From contig JADJPR010000006.1 in assembly GCA_016713135.1 (NCBI GenBank), positions 82,169 to 146,168 on the forward strand: a DNA stretch of 64,000 nucleotides. The letters are read 5' to 3'. Below the pieces are notes generated by a model. The model was given only the letters and a program-made list of their open reading frames with translations, was not told where the DNA came from and did not search any database. Of this stretch, positions 9,601-16,393 are shown in pieces. The DNA comes from Rhodanobacteraceae bacterium (GTDB lineage: Bacteria; Pseudomonadota; Gammaproteobacteria; Xanthomonadales; SZUA-5). The position numbers and the translations under genes were made by a program. Within the stretch, counting starts at the first letter, position 1, and every line of letters starts with the position of its first letter.

Positions 9601-11807
9601 TGGCTGCCACCGGTGGGTCGGGTCAAGGTGCCGCCGGTCAGGGTCATGCTGCTGGTGACCTGGGGCAGCGCCGTGGCGCCCGCGTAGTCGCCATGGGCGT
9701 CGGTGAACGAGAGCGTCTGGCCATTGAGGTTGATGCTGTCGGCACCTGCACCGTTCGAATTGGCGCATTGCATGGCCTGGCGCAGGTTGGCCACCCGCGC
9801 GGCATTGTTGGCACCGGTCAGCGTGTAGGGAAATACATAGGCGGCGCAGGGATCCACGAAGGTCAGCACCACGTCGTTGCCGTCGCCGCCGTTGTAGCTG
9901 ATGGTCAGACTGACGCCGTTGAACAGCACAGTGCCGCCGTTCGGCAGGCCGGCAAAGGTGCCGGTGATCGCGTCGCTGGCGTCGTTGTCGATCAGCACGA
10001 AGCTCTGCCCGCTGCCGGGCACGAAGGCGCCGGACAGCGCCAACGTGGCGCCGCCCAGATTGACCGTGCCGGTGACGTCGAGCTGGTCGTATTGCGTGGC
10101 GACGGTCGCGCCGGTGATCTCGGCGGCGAAGGTGGCGCCGGCCGTCAGCGCCATGTTGACCGTGTTGAGGCGCCCGGGCGCGCCCTGGCCCGGCGCCAGG
10201 GTGCCGCCGCTCGCCACGCTGGTGGCGCCGCCGAGCGTGCCGGTGCCGGCCAGAGTGGCGCCACTGGCCACGCTGATCGCGCCGGTGCCCACGGAACTGC
10301 CGTTGACTTGCAGCTGGCCGGCCGCAACGGTGGTCGGGCCGACATAGGTGCTGGTGCTGTTCAGCACCAGGGTGCCCGGACCCGATTTGGTCAGGCCGCC
10401 GCTGACCAGCGGATCGCTGCCGCCGCTCAGGGTCTGGCTGGATGCCACGGTCACGGTCTGGCCGGTGGACACCGTCCAGGTCAGGTTGCCGGCCAGGAAG
10501 GCTGCGGTGCCGAGGCCCAAGCCACTGCCGGCGCTGGGACCCGCGCTGCCGGCCAGGACGGAGCCGCCGCTCATACCGCCGCCGACGACAGTGAGGGTCG
10601 CGCCCTGGCGCACGAACACAGCGCCGCCGAGCCCGGCCCCACCGCCACCGCCCTGGTAGTTGGCGGCGCCGCTGCCGCCGCCGAAGCCGGCTGCGCCACC
10701 GTTCTGCCCTGCACCACCGCCACCTGCGAAGCCGCCGGCACCGCCGGAACCCGCCCCGGCCCCACCGCCACCGCCGCCATAGCCGCCGATGCCACCCACC
10801 TGGGTGTTATTGCCGCCACCCGCGCCGCCACCACCGCCGAAAGCACCGTTGCCGCCTTTCCCGGCGCCGCCAGGAGGGCCAACAACGGTGGCGGTTTCGC
10901 CGCCCGGGCCGCCGCCACCGCCATTCTGATTGGCGCCCGAGCCACCACCGCCGCCGCCGTTTGCGCCGCCAGCACCAACGCCAGTACCCGCCCCCGCGCC
11001 GCCGGCGGTTGCGCCGGCCAACAGGCCAGAACTACCGGCGCCGCCAGACCCGACACCGCCATTGGCGCCCAGGCCCAGGCCACCGCCACCGCCGGCATTG
11101 TAGCTGCCGCCATTGCCACCGTTGCCGCCCATACCGCCACCGCCACCGGAGCCCCCCTCGGCCACGGCCGCGCTGACGTTGCCGCCGTTTCCGCCGGTCG
11201 CGCGGTTGGTCAGCAACTGCACGTTGCTCAGCGTCGCATTGCCTTCGTTGACGAAGACCGCCCCGCCGAGGCCGGCCCCGCCGCCGCCAGCGCTCCACCC
11301 GCCGTTGATGCTGCTCCCGTTGCCGCCGGCACCGCCGCGCGCATTGCCGTCCTGCAGCGTGAGATTGGAAATGCTCCAGGTCGCGCCGGGGGTGGCGGTC
11401 AGTCCGCTGCCGTCGCTGCCACGCACGCCGAGGAAGAAAATGCGATCCCCCGTGGTGGCGGAGGACGAACCGCCATCGATCACGATGGCACCCTGGCCGC
11501 CGTTGGCGCCGTTGATGCTGATCCCGTTCGGATTGCGCAGCACCGGCAACGCGCCGGCCAGGTTGATGGTGCCGCCGCCGGCAATGTTGAAGGTGATCGT
11601 TGCGGCACTGCCCGATGCATTTGCAGTGTTCAACGCCGCGCGCAGGCTGCCGGCCGGTGGCGACGCCACGTTGTCCGCCAGACTGGTTACCACCTGCGCC
11701 GCCAGCGGCATGCCCAGGGACAGCAGAGCCAGCCCGATGACCAGCCGGCGCAGCCTCACGACCCACAACATCATGCGACCGGAGTGCGACGGCGAGAGAT
11801 TGTTCAT
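249..11807 (-). CDS. Giant secreted adhesin-like protein with signal peptide, Gly-rich tract, autotransporter-type beta-strand repeats, 4 CSLREA-like beta-helix modules, 4 DUF11-like units and >=10 Calx-beta domains. As sequenced it stops prematurely at 249.
   Basis: This is track ORF 249..12116. I moved the start to ATG 11807 (alternative 11774) because the first 103 codons overlap the 3' end of the kinase gene, and MNNLSPSHSGRMMLWVVRLRRLVIGLALLSLGMPLAAQ looks like a signal peptide. Modules visible by eye: a GGxGG-rich tract; TKSGPGTLVLNSTSTYVGPTTV-type repeats; four modules opening C..FPYTL....LRQAIQCAN; QLTLTKTAS.. and ADLSI.KTDG.. DUF11-like units; and many Calx-beta-like units (..DD...EG.E.F..). 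Confidence 0.85.
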   Translation of the reverse strand: MNNLSPSHSGRMMLWVVRLRRLVIGLALLSLGMPLAAQVVTSLADNVASPPAGSLRAALNTANASGSAATITFNIAGGGTINLAGALPVLRNPNGISINGANGGQGAIVIDGGSSSATTGDRIFFLGVRGSDGSGLTATPGATWSISNLTLQDGNARGGAGGNGSSINGGWSAGGGGAGLGGAVFVNEGNATLSNVQLLTNRATGGNGGNVSAAVAEGGSGGGGGMGGNGGNGGSYNAGGGGGLGLGANGGVGSGGAGSSGLLAGATAGGAGAGTGVGAGGANGGGGGGSGANQNGGGGGPGGETATVVGPPGGAGKGGNGAFGGGGGAGGGNNTQVGGIGGYGGGGGGAGAGSGGAGGFAGGGGAGQNGGAAGFGGGSGAANYQGGGGGAGLGGAVFVRQGATLTVVGGGMSGGSVLAGSAGPSAGSGLGLGTAAFLAGNLTWTVSTGQTVTVASSQTLSGGSDPLVSGGLTKSGPGTLVLNSTSTYVGPTTVAAGQLQVNGSSVGTGAISVASGATLAGTGTLGGATSVASGGTLAPGQGAPGRLNTVNMALTAGATFAAEITGATVATQYDQLDVTGTVNLGGATLALSGAFVPGSGQSFVLIDNDASDAITGTFAGLPNGGTVLFNGVSLTISYNGGDGNDVVLTFVDPCAAYVFPYTLTGANNAARVANLRQAMQCANSNGAGADSINLNGQTLSFTDAHGDYAGATALPQVTSSMTLTGGTLTRPTGGSQFRLVNVAPAGTLNLVQLTLSNGYGFGPGGAGGGGAVFNSGTLNITDSVISSNFSELDGGAIYNDFGTISLIRSTLNGNSTNTAGGGVGGALANTGGTVVITNVLISGNRGVQGGGIYNNNAGILTLNNSTIASNLTNDQGGGLRNENSDSPAVLSNTLLFGNQSTVFPATNDIGGTTTNQSSLVGVNPSFVNPQSAAAAPNALGDYRLGNLSSAVDAGNNALIPGGTTLDRDGNPRRYNDTGVTDTGSGTAPIVDVGAFEKQTNSTLPTVSIAVTPASVLENGAGNLTYTVTRSPSLPTATTVNIGTAGTATSGGDYTGGGIATLVIPSNSSTATITIDPTGDTTVEPDETVILSVASGSGYTVGSPISATGTIQNDDADPCAAISFPYTLPDNLPATLTQAIECANANGTADIINLNGQTVTLTSSFADYTGATGLPQVTTDLTLRNGTITRSGASEFRLLSASTAATLRLTDLTLSNGGGTTYASLGGGLSSQGSLFLTGVTMSGHRSTQGGGAIAIPALQSGATVSIVDSTLSGNTSLGGSALYFSPGVSATVTLAGSTLASNVGSGGPGAIFITGTGAVINVRNSTFSGNSSGNSASPDAIGVFAAAQANIAFTTFSGHDNGTSASTVGIVHATGSSTVNLRASVIANNVRTGGGTARECTASGSTFTGTSNYAADTFCPGRVATPQFIDTTLAANGGPTQTHLPAPHSNVVNADSTNLCGPANLNLTVDQRGEPRQVGPACDVGAVEIDACGSISFPYTLPDNTPATLNAAIDCANSTAATADLIDLNGQTVTLTQSAVDAGGLTGLVSIRSPITLRNGTITRSGSNQFRLLNVNGTGNLTLRDMSLTNGGGTAYADTGGLISSDTGSTLTIVRSTLSGAVGSTASSGGAIFASGALNLVNSTVHGNSAGRGGALSAQNGPIVIANSVLSGNVATNTTSNGGGAMYLSSITANDARIINSTVTGNYATGSARTGGIAGDATSGVDLILQNSIVWGNGNAGTAAAQIVNAAASSTNTVSNSIVAGGLFGALDSDPLFTTPLTASATPSTAGNFALQNTSPAIDAGANANVPADGFDVNGNSNSTEDAPDRAGNPRRYDDTGVTDTGSGTAPIVDLGAFEKQTNSTLSQLTLTKTASAASFVVGTPVSFTLQLSNTGTAATTAASMITDPIPAGLVIGTLPAGCTAAGQTVTCTVPAGLAASGSTSFVIPVTPSVATAASITNTATVSGGGDSTCPAAARCSGSVTVAVNRPQLTLTKTASGPSFTVGTPANFTLQLSNTGTAATTAASTITDTIPAGLTIGTLPAGCAAAGQTVTCTVPAGLAASGSAGFVIPVTPGVATAASITNTATVSGGGDSTCPAAARCSSSVTVAVSGTCTGFTFPYTLAGANNAARVASLRQAIQCANLNGTADSIDLNAQTVTLSDAFADYAGATGLPQVTTEITLENGSVTRDSGAPQFRFLAVSSTGSLVLDGVNLSGGGLGNLSNAGAIYNDGGILTLRASTLSGNGAGFGGAIYNLGSVMAINSQFTGNSASQNSGFLMNDNATATIIGSTISGNSSSGVAGNGAIYNANGALDIIDSAVSGNTSTSVGAVQNFGGTTRIANSVFTGNSAASGIGAVSNNSAGQMTISNSALTGNRAGTSPGALFNNVGSTLTISNSTIAGNHATSGGAILNNGGTLTIGNSILWGNSGSSVLTGATITHTIVEGGFAGTGNLSVDPLFVAPVASASAPTTSGDYRLQDSSPATDAGNNAQVPVDTFDLNDNASTTDEAPDLAGNPRRYNDAGVPDTGLGTAPIVDMGAYERQTDTPFQADLSIAKTDGRTTDVPGTSITYTITASNAGPLAVPSATVADTFPANITGVSWTCVGAGGGSCPASGSGNLNATVNLPVGGSVSFTATGTISAAAAGTLSNTATVSSAVSDPVPGNNSATDSTTLTPQADLSITKTDGQTAAIPGSGISYTIVASNAGPSSVASATVADTFPASITGVNWTCVGAGGATCPASGSGNLNATVGLPAGGSVSFTATGTINVAATGTLSNTATVTSAVTDPTPGNNSATDTTTLSTLPQLSISDVSLSEGNSGTTQFDFIVSLSSPALAGGVSFDIATANGTATAGSDYQARSLTGQSIPAGSSDYTFSVQVNGDVVAEANETFVVNVSNVVGAGVLDGQGQGTIQNDDIAGITVNPTAGLVTTEAGGTATFTVVLNSQPTADVSIGLSSSDATEGSVAPTSLVFTSGNWNVARTVTVTGIDDLIADGTVAYTIVTAAATSADSSYNGLNATDVGVSNSDNDIVGITVSPTAGLVTTEAGGTATFTVVLNSEPTADVTIGLSSSDATEGSVAPTSLVFTAVNWNVARTVTVTGVDDLIVDGTVAYTVVTAAATSADSSYNGVNATDVGVSNSDDDTAGVILAESDGSTAVTEGGATDTYTLVLRSQPTADVTVAINPNAQLTMAPSVTFTPANWNVPRTVTVTATNDTVVEGTHSAGVSHSVTSADASYNGLSVAAVTATISDNDTAEIILASSGFSVVEGAVFSPGATLKVTANGAPGGTIAAQVVATMNLTLGTAGAADVAVSGSFVFPAGSSHDTVANSAEASVTDDRLVEATETFTLSLEIQSGLATTSASNSYSILSDDSAAITFVASTSSVGESAGTTGVPVVLAISGTGTGPAALGVDIAVSVQQTAESATTPTDYQLTTTSLSFLGGTADGDTRNIDVTVVNDGLIEGNHTFQLGFGALTTTATNASASGLHRVTLVDDDVAGVVITESAGETVVTEGGPGDSFTLELTAQPASTVTITFDVGTQVNFAPNPLVITPAQWNVPQTVTVTAVDDGASEGPHSATVGLIFTGDADFAAITPNLIGVQVAIIDRADVTVTQSGGTTAVTEGGATDTYTVVLTSQPTSDVAVILGAGAQLSLSPPNLVFTSANWNVARTVTVTATDDAVVEGPQSVAITHSTSSSDPNYSGITVAGIDVDITDNDSAVVSFALAALSQLEGSTPMAFSVTLSNPVASGVTLTLNSANGTATAADYTPISGATVSFPASSTTAQTVNVAIASDALDEDDETYTLTLSGLTATGDVTLGTAVAPAPSSTMTPRRRCRSPARASLKAMPAPAR
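2373..3050 (-). repeat. Intragenic tandem duplication, 2 x 339 bp (two near-identical Calx-beta units)
   Basis: The protein units GITVNPTAGLVTTEAGGTATFTVVLNSQPTADVSIGLSSSDATEG... and GITVSPTAGLVTTEAGGTATFTVVLNSEPTADVTIGLSSSDATEG... are 113 aa each and lie back to back. Confidence 0.8.
3390..4150 (-). repeat. Intragenic tandem duplication, 2 x ~381 bp (DUF11-like units)
   Basis: The units ADLSIAKTDGRTTDVPGTSITYTITASNAGP... and ADLSITKTDGQTAAIPGSGISYTIVASNAGP... are 127 aa each. Confidence 0.75.
5464..6207 (-). repeat. Intragenic tandem duplication, 2 x 372 bp (DUF11-like units)
   Basis: The units QLTLTKTASAASFVVGTPVSFTLQLSNTGTAATTAAS... and QLTLTKTASGPSFTVGTPANFTLQLSNTGTAATTAAS... are 124 aa each. 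Confidence 0.8.
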
Positions 11808-12052
11808 TTGCGGCAAGCCCTGAATGGCGAACGGGTCGGCAGGCGAATTGCCACGCGGCAACTGCGTGGCGCCCGGGAGCATGAACTCAGGCGCGAATCG
11901 GACATAGACAGGATTCGGCCATCGACAGGCACAAATCGGACTTTTGCATCGGTTTGCGCAGGGCAGCGCGCCAAGCGGCCAGCTGTGAACAGCTCCAAGC
12001 CGGCTGCCGAGCGGCGCGGCGGGCGTGACGCTCAGCGCTGGGTCGTTGACGT

Positions 12053-15000
12053 TCAGACCTCGCCGAACTGGGCGCGGTACAGCCGATACAGATAGCTCGG
12101 GTTGTCGAACCCACATTGGCGACCCGCTTCGGCGAGCGTCTGGCAGCTGCCACTGCTGATCAGTTCACGAACCGAGTTCAGTCGCTGCACGCGTAACCAG
12201 ACGATCGGCGACAAACCGGTTAGATCAGTCACTCTTCGCCGTAGTTGTCGATCCGACAAGTGTGCAGCGTCGGACCACTCAGCGACCCCGAAGGCAGGAT
12301 CGGCCATCCGCTGGCGCACGATCTGCAGGATCGGGTCGTCAAGATGGGCGATGGCGTTCGCGGGTGCAGCCGGCCGCGCTGCGGCACCCTGCTGCTGCGG
12401 CCAATAGCGTCGAATCTCGGCGATCAGCTCGGAGAGCTCGAATGGCTTCGTGATCCAGGTGACCGCGCCCGCGTCGATTCCGGCATCGCGATCCATCAGC
12501 GTTGATTTCGCCGAGATCAGGATCACCGGCAGTGCGGCAAATTCCGGCATGGCCTTCAAGGTCCGGCACAGCGCCACGCCATCCATGCCTGGCAGCTTGA
12601 CGTCGCTGACCAGCACGCGCACGTCACCACGCTGCATCTCCGCCATCGCCAGCTCGGCCGTGGCCACCGTGCGCACCGCAAAGAACTCGGCCAGCCGTTC
12701 GCTCAGGTACGCCGCCAGTTCGGGGTGATCCTCGACCAGCAGAATGCCGCCATCCTGTCCTGAAGCGATCAGCGGCAGACCCGCTTCATCGGGGGTTTCC
12801 AGCACCACCTCGTCTAGGGCAATGTGCGCACTGCCGAGCGGGAGATCCAGCCAGAACACGGTACCTTCGGCGGCGTCGACCGACGTGCCGATGCGACCGC
12901 CATGCAACTCGGTCAATTCGCGCGCCAACGCCAGACCGATGCCCAGGCCTTCGCGCCCAGCGCGCGGTGGACCGTCGGCGCGAAAGAATCGATCGAACAG
13001 CGAATCGGCCAGTTCGGGGGGGTAGCCCGGCCCGCGGTCAGCCACGCCGATGTGGACGCGGTCGCCGTGCGCGTCGATATCGATGCTGACGCGAACGGCC
13101 GTATGGCTCGGCGCGTATTTCAGCGCGTTGTCCAGGAGATTGCCGAGGATGGTGGTCAGGTGATCGGCGTCGGCGTAGACCGGCAGGCTGCTGACCCCGC
13201 TGTGCAATACCACTTGCACCTGATGTTGCTCGGTGATTGGCGCAAATCCGGCGATGACCTTTTTCGCCCAGGCGACGAGGTCGATTCGGCGCACCTTGAG
13301 GCGCAACTGCCCACCCTCGGCCTGCACCAGCCCGACCAGTTGCTCGACCAGATGGCTCAGGCGCTCGGTTTGCTGCAGCGGCAATTGCAGACGTTGCCGA
13401 TCAGTGGACGGAAGGCTCCGCGGGCCTTCCATCAGCTCTCGCAGCGGCAGCTTGATCAGCATCAGCGGGGTGCGCAACTCGTGGCTGACGTCCGCCAGAA
13501 GTCGGATACGGAATCGGTCGAGGGCCTGAAGCCGTGCGGTCTGCTCGGCGAGCTTGCGATTGCGAACTTCGATCTCCCCATGGGTCACCGCCAGATCGCC
13601 GTGCACTTGCGCCAGCTCAACCAGGGTGGCTTCCACACGCTCCTTTTCGGCGCTGAGTTCCTGAGTCCGCAGGCGCACCTGGGCATCGAGGTCTTTGGCA
13701 CGCTGGCGCAATCGACTCACGCGCCATTGGGCCAGTCCGGCCATCAGCAGCAGGCAGCCGAGGCCCAGCAACCAGCGAAACTCGCGGGTCTCATGCCAGT
13801 AAGCGGGCACGGTGAATTCGAGTGCCACGGGATCTTGCGACCAGAAGCCGTCGCTGTTGCCGGCCACCACGTCGAGGCGATAGTGGTTTGGCGCCAGCGC
13901 CGCGAATGCGGCTACCCGGCGGGTGCCTGCATCGGTCCAGTCGCGGTCGACCGGATGCAACCGGTAGCGGAAGCGCACTTCGGCACCGGCGTGCAGATCG
14001 GCGGCGTTGTAGCGCACCTGCACCGAACGCATCCCGATTGGCAGCCGCTGTTGGTCGAGTTTGACCGGCGAGCCCTGACTGTCGACGCCATCGATGACCG
14101 CCCGCGGGGCCGAGCGCCGCAAGGGCAACTTCCCCGGATCGACGCGCACGACGCCGCGCTGCGACGGAAACCAGATGCGCCCGACGGTGTCGACGGCGGC
14201 AGCGGGCTGCACACCGCCATTGCCCTCCAGTTCGGTCAGGCCGTCGGCGAGGCCCAGGGTCAGCGGCGACAGGAAGCGGCTGCGCCCCTCCAGAAACTCG
14301 GTCAGGCCGGTACGGGTCAGGCGGAAGATGCCCTGGTTGCTGTTGACCCACAGATTGCCACTGGCGTCCTCGACCACCGCATGCGGGCTGTTCGAAGGCA
14401 AGCCAGCAGCGCGACCGATGAACCGTGCGCGACTGCCCGTGGCGTCATCAGCATCGATGCGCACCAATCCGCGACCTTCGGTGCAGCCCCACAGTGTACC
14501 GTCTCTGGCGCGGAACAGGCCGCGCACCGGCAAGCCAGCCAACAGCGCGCTCGCGACTGCATGCACGCCGCCGGCATCGATCCGCCAAAGGCCCTGGTGA
14601 CTGGCCAGATGCACGCTGCCGTCCGAACCGTGCAGGATGGCGTTGACGCGTACGACACTATCCCCGGGCCCTATGCGCTGCCACTGTTCGCCATCCTGGC
14701 GCCACGCACCGGCACCGCCACCCACCCAGAGTCGATCATCGGACGCAAAGCTGAGCGCGAGGATCTGCTGCTCCTGGAGCGGCGGCGGCAGCGCGACGGG
14801 CTGGAAGCGTTCGCTGTCGGCGGCTTTGCGATACAGACCCGGGGCGAACGTCGCAGCGTAGATGCTCTGGTCGGGCGCCACGGATACCACCCAGGGGTTG
14901 AGCCCCGGCAGGCCTGACTCCAGGCCGTAGGTGCGTACCGTTCCGTCGGTTGCGACGTGCTGGAGGCCGCCACCGAGGCTGCCCAGCCACATGCTGCCGT

Positions 15001-16120
15001 CGCCAGCCTCGGACACTGCGTAGATGTTGTCATTGACCATCGAGTTGTCGACATTGAGCAGATCGACGCGCGTCGGGTACAGGGCGTACAGGCCGTCGCG
15101 CAGCGTGCTGACCCAGACGCTGCCGGCGCTGTCGAAATGCAGATCGCGCACTTCCCCACGACTTTTCAGCTGTGCGACCTCGCCGCGGTACAGATCTCCG
15201 TCGTGGGAGCGCCACAGCGTTCCGTCTGGTGCGAGCCAACTGCGCGAACCCGTCAGCGATGGCGGGCCGACACGCACAGCTGTGGATAAGCCGGGGTCGA
15301 CGCGATACAAGCCGAGATCGGAACCGACCCAGATGCCGGTATTCGGGTCGGCGCGCATTTGCACCACGATGATTCGGTTGCCGTCGGGGGTCGTTACCGG
15401 GTCACCGCCGTCGGCCGTTACCCGCAGCAGATCGAGATCGGTGGCCAACAGCAGTTCACCGGCGTCGGTGGCGACGGCGAGCGGCGTTTCCGCCAGCCTG
15501 GGCCGCAGCACCAGATCGGGATCGGCGTAGACCAGGCGATGACCGTTGGCGTCATCGAGGTACACGCCCTCATGGTGGACCACCAGCCACAGCGCGCCGT
15601 CGCCCGCACTGAGCGCAAGTGCGACCTGGCCAGGCGAGGCGAATTGTTTGCGCAGAGAGAACTTGCCCTGGCCGTCCGGACAGAACCAGCCGCGATTCAG
15701 CGTCAGGCAGAGGGTCGACGGATCAACATAATGAATGGGGGATTCAGGATCTGCGGAATCCGGGCGGATGCGTGTGATCCCGGACGAATGCACGGCGAGG
15801 AGTTCACCGCGTGAAGACAGGGCATACACGCGCCGCGCGGAATCAGCATGCAGCGAATTGATCCGGTTGCCCGACATGTCGGGATTGCTGGCGGCGTCGT
15901 AGACGGTGAACTCGCGACCGTCGAAGCGTGCCAGGCCGTCGTGCGTCGCTACCCACAGGAATCCGTCGGCGTCGATGCGTGCCGCGCTGGCGCTGGCCAC
16001 CGGCAGGCCCTCGGTGGAACTCAGATGGCGGACCACCATCGGTCGACCCAACGCCCCGGAGCAGACCAGCAGCGATCCAAGCATCAGGCCGATCCGATCT
16101 CGTGGGCCGAAGCACCGCAT
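12053..16120 (-). CDS. Hybrid two-component system protein: periplasmic propeller/Y_Y_Y sensor, histidine kinase, receiver and AraC-type HTH
   Basis: The ORF is 1,355 aa. It has a hydrophobic N-terminus followed by repeated propeller-like segments. A Y_Y_Y-like block (VRFRYRLHPVDRDWTDAG..YRLDVVAGNSDGFWS) precedes a TM segment. Other motifs: H-box LLADVSHELRTPL; ATPase boxes DRGPGYP and GLGIGLALAREL; receiver ILLVEDHPELA...DVKLPGMDG; C-terminal AraC HTH ..CGFDNPSYLYRLYRAQFG. Confidence 0.9.
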   Translation of the reverse strand: MRCFGPRDRIGLMLGSLLVCSGALGRPMVVRHLSSTEGLPVASASAARIDADGFLWVATHDGLARFDGREFTVYDAASNPDMSGNRINSLHADSARRVYALSSRGELLAVHSSGITRIRPDSADPESPIHYVDPSTLCLTLNRGWFCPDGQGKFSLRKQFASPGQVALALSAGDGALWLVVHHEGVYLDDANGHRLVYADPDLVLRPRLAETPLAVATDAGELLLATDLDLLRVTADGGDPVTTPDGNRIIVVQMRADPNTGIWVGSDLGLYRVDPGLSTAVRVGPPSLTGSRSWLAPDGTLWRSHDGDLYRGEVAQLKSRGEVRDLHFDSAGSVWVSTLRDGLYALYPTRVDLLNVDNSMVNDNIYAVSEAGDGSMWLGSLGGGLQHVATDGTVRTYGLESGLPGLNPWVVSVAPDQSIYAATFAPGLYRKAADSERFQPVALPPPLQEQQILALSFASDDRLWVGGGAGAWRQDGEQWQRIGPGDSVVRVNAILHGSDGSVHLASHQGLWRIDAGGVHAVASALLAGLPVRGLFRARDGTLWGCTEGRGLVRIDADDATGSRARFIGRAAGLPSNSPHAVVEDASGNLWVNSNQGIFRLTRTGLTEFLEGRSRFLSPLTLGLADGLTELEGNGGVQPAAAVDTVGRIWFPSQRGVVRVDPGKLPLRRSAPRAVIDGVDSQGSPVKLDQQRLPIGMRSVQVRYNAADLHAGAEVRFRYRLHPVDRDWTDAGTRRVAAFAALAPNHYRLDVVAGNSDGFWSQDPVALEFTVPAYWHETREFRWLLGLGCLLLMAGLAQWRVSRLRQRAKDLDAQVRLRTQELSAEKERVEATLVELAQVHGDLAVTHGEIEVRNRKLAEQTARLQALDRFRIRLLADVSHELRTPLMLIKLPLRELMEGPRSLPSTDRQRLQLPLQQTERLSHLVEQLVGLVQAEGGQLRLKVRRIDLVAWAKKVIAGFAPITEQHQVQVVLHSGVSSLPVYADADHLTTILGNLLDNALKYAPSHTAVRVSIDIDAHGDRVHIGVADRGPGYPPELADSLFDRFFRADGPPRAGREGLGIGLALARELTELHGGRIGTSVDAAEGTVFWLDLPLGSAHIALDEVVLETPDEAGLPLIASGQDGGILLVEDHPELAAYLSERLAEFFAVRTVATAELAMAEMQRGDVRVLVSDVKLPGMDGVALCRTLKAMPEFAALPVILISAKSTLMDRDAGIDAGAVTWITKPFELSELIAEIRRYWPQQQGAAARPAAPANAIAHLDDPILQIVRQRMADPAFGVAEWSDAAHLSDRQLRRRVTDLTGLSPIVWLRVQRLNSVRELISSGSCQTLAEAGRQCGFDNPSYLYRLYRAQFGEV

Positions 16121-16299
16121 TCAAAACCTGGTCATCTGCAGAGCGGCCGATCATGCCATAGGGGTCAAAGGCCCACGGAAAGCGCAACGCTCGGTCCTGC
16201 CCAGTGAACGCAACGGCGCTGCGAACACCCGGCAACGGGGTGGGATTTCGTTGGTCGGTGTGCGGCGAAGTCGTTCCCCGGCGGCGCTTGAGGCGAGCA

Positions 16300-16332
16300 C
16301 CCGGTGTACGCGATGGAGCCGCGTACACCGGG
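16300..16332 (-). terminator. Perfect 13-bp stem / 7-nt loop hairpin between the FG-GAP giant gene and the sensor gene. It could be a terminator, attenuator or REP-like element.
   Basis: The sequence is cccggtgtacgcg-atggagc-cgcgtacaccggg. It lies 62-94 nt downstream of the stop at 16394. No U-tract follows on the minus strand. Confidence 0.4.
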
Positions 16333-16393
16333 CTGCGGGACAGGCTTTCGTAGGCCAGGGTTCGGCGAAGGCGTTCCACGGCGCTGCGGCCGC

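Noticed and set aside
6870-12095. 1,741-aa plus-strand ORF, with similar plus-strand ORFs at 3774-6053, 1836-3482 and 453-1253
   Set aside because: These are mirror frames of the giant minus-strand gene. The products are Arg/Ala/Gly/His-rich with no recognisable motifs, which is typical of stop-codon-poor antisense frames in ~68 % GC DNA.
11808-12116. N-terminal 103-codon extension of the giant ORF (start at 12116)
   Set aside because: It would overlap the 3' end of the sensor gene by 64 nt and place ~100 non-signal residues ahead of an obvious signal peptide. I prefer ATG 11807 or 11774.
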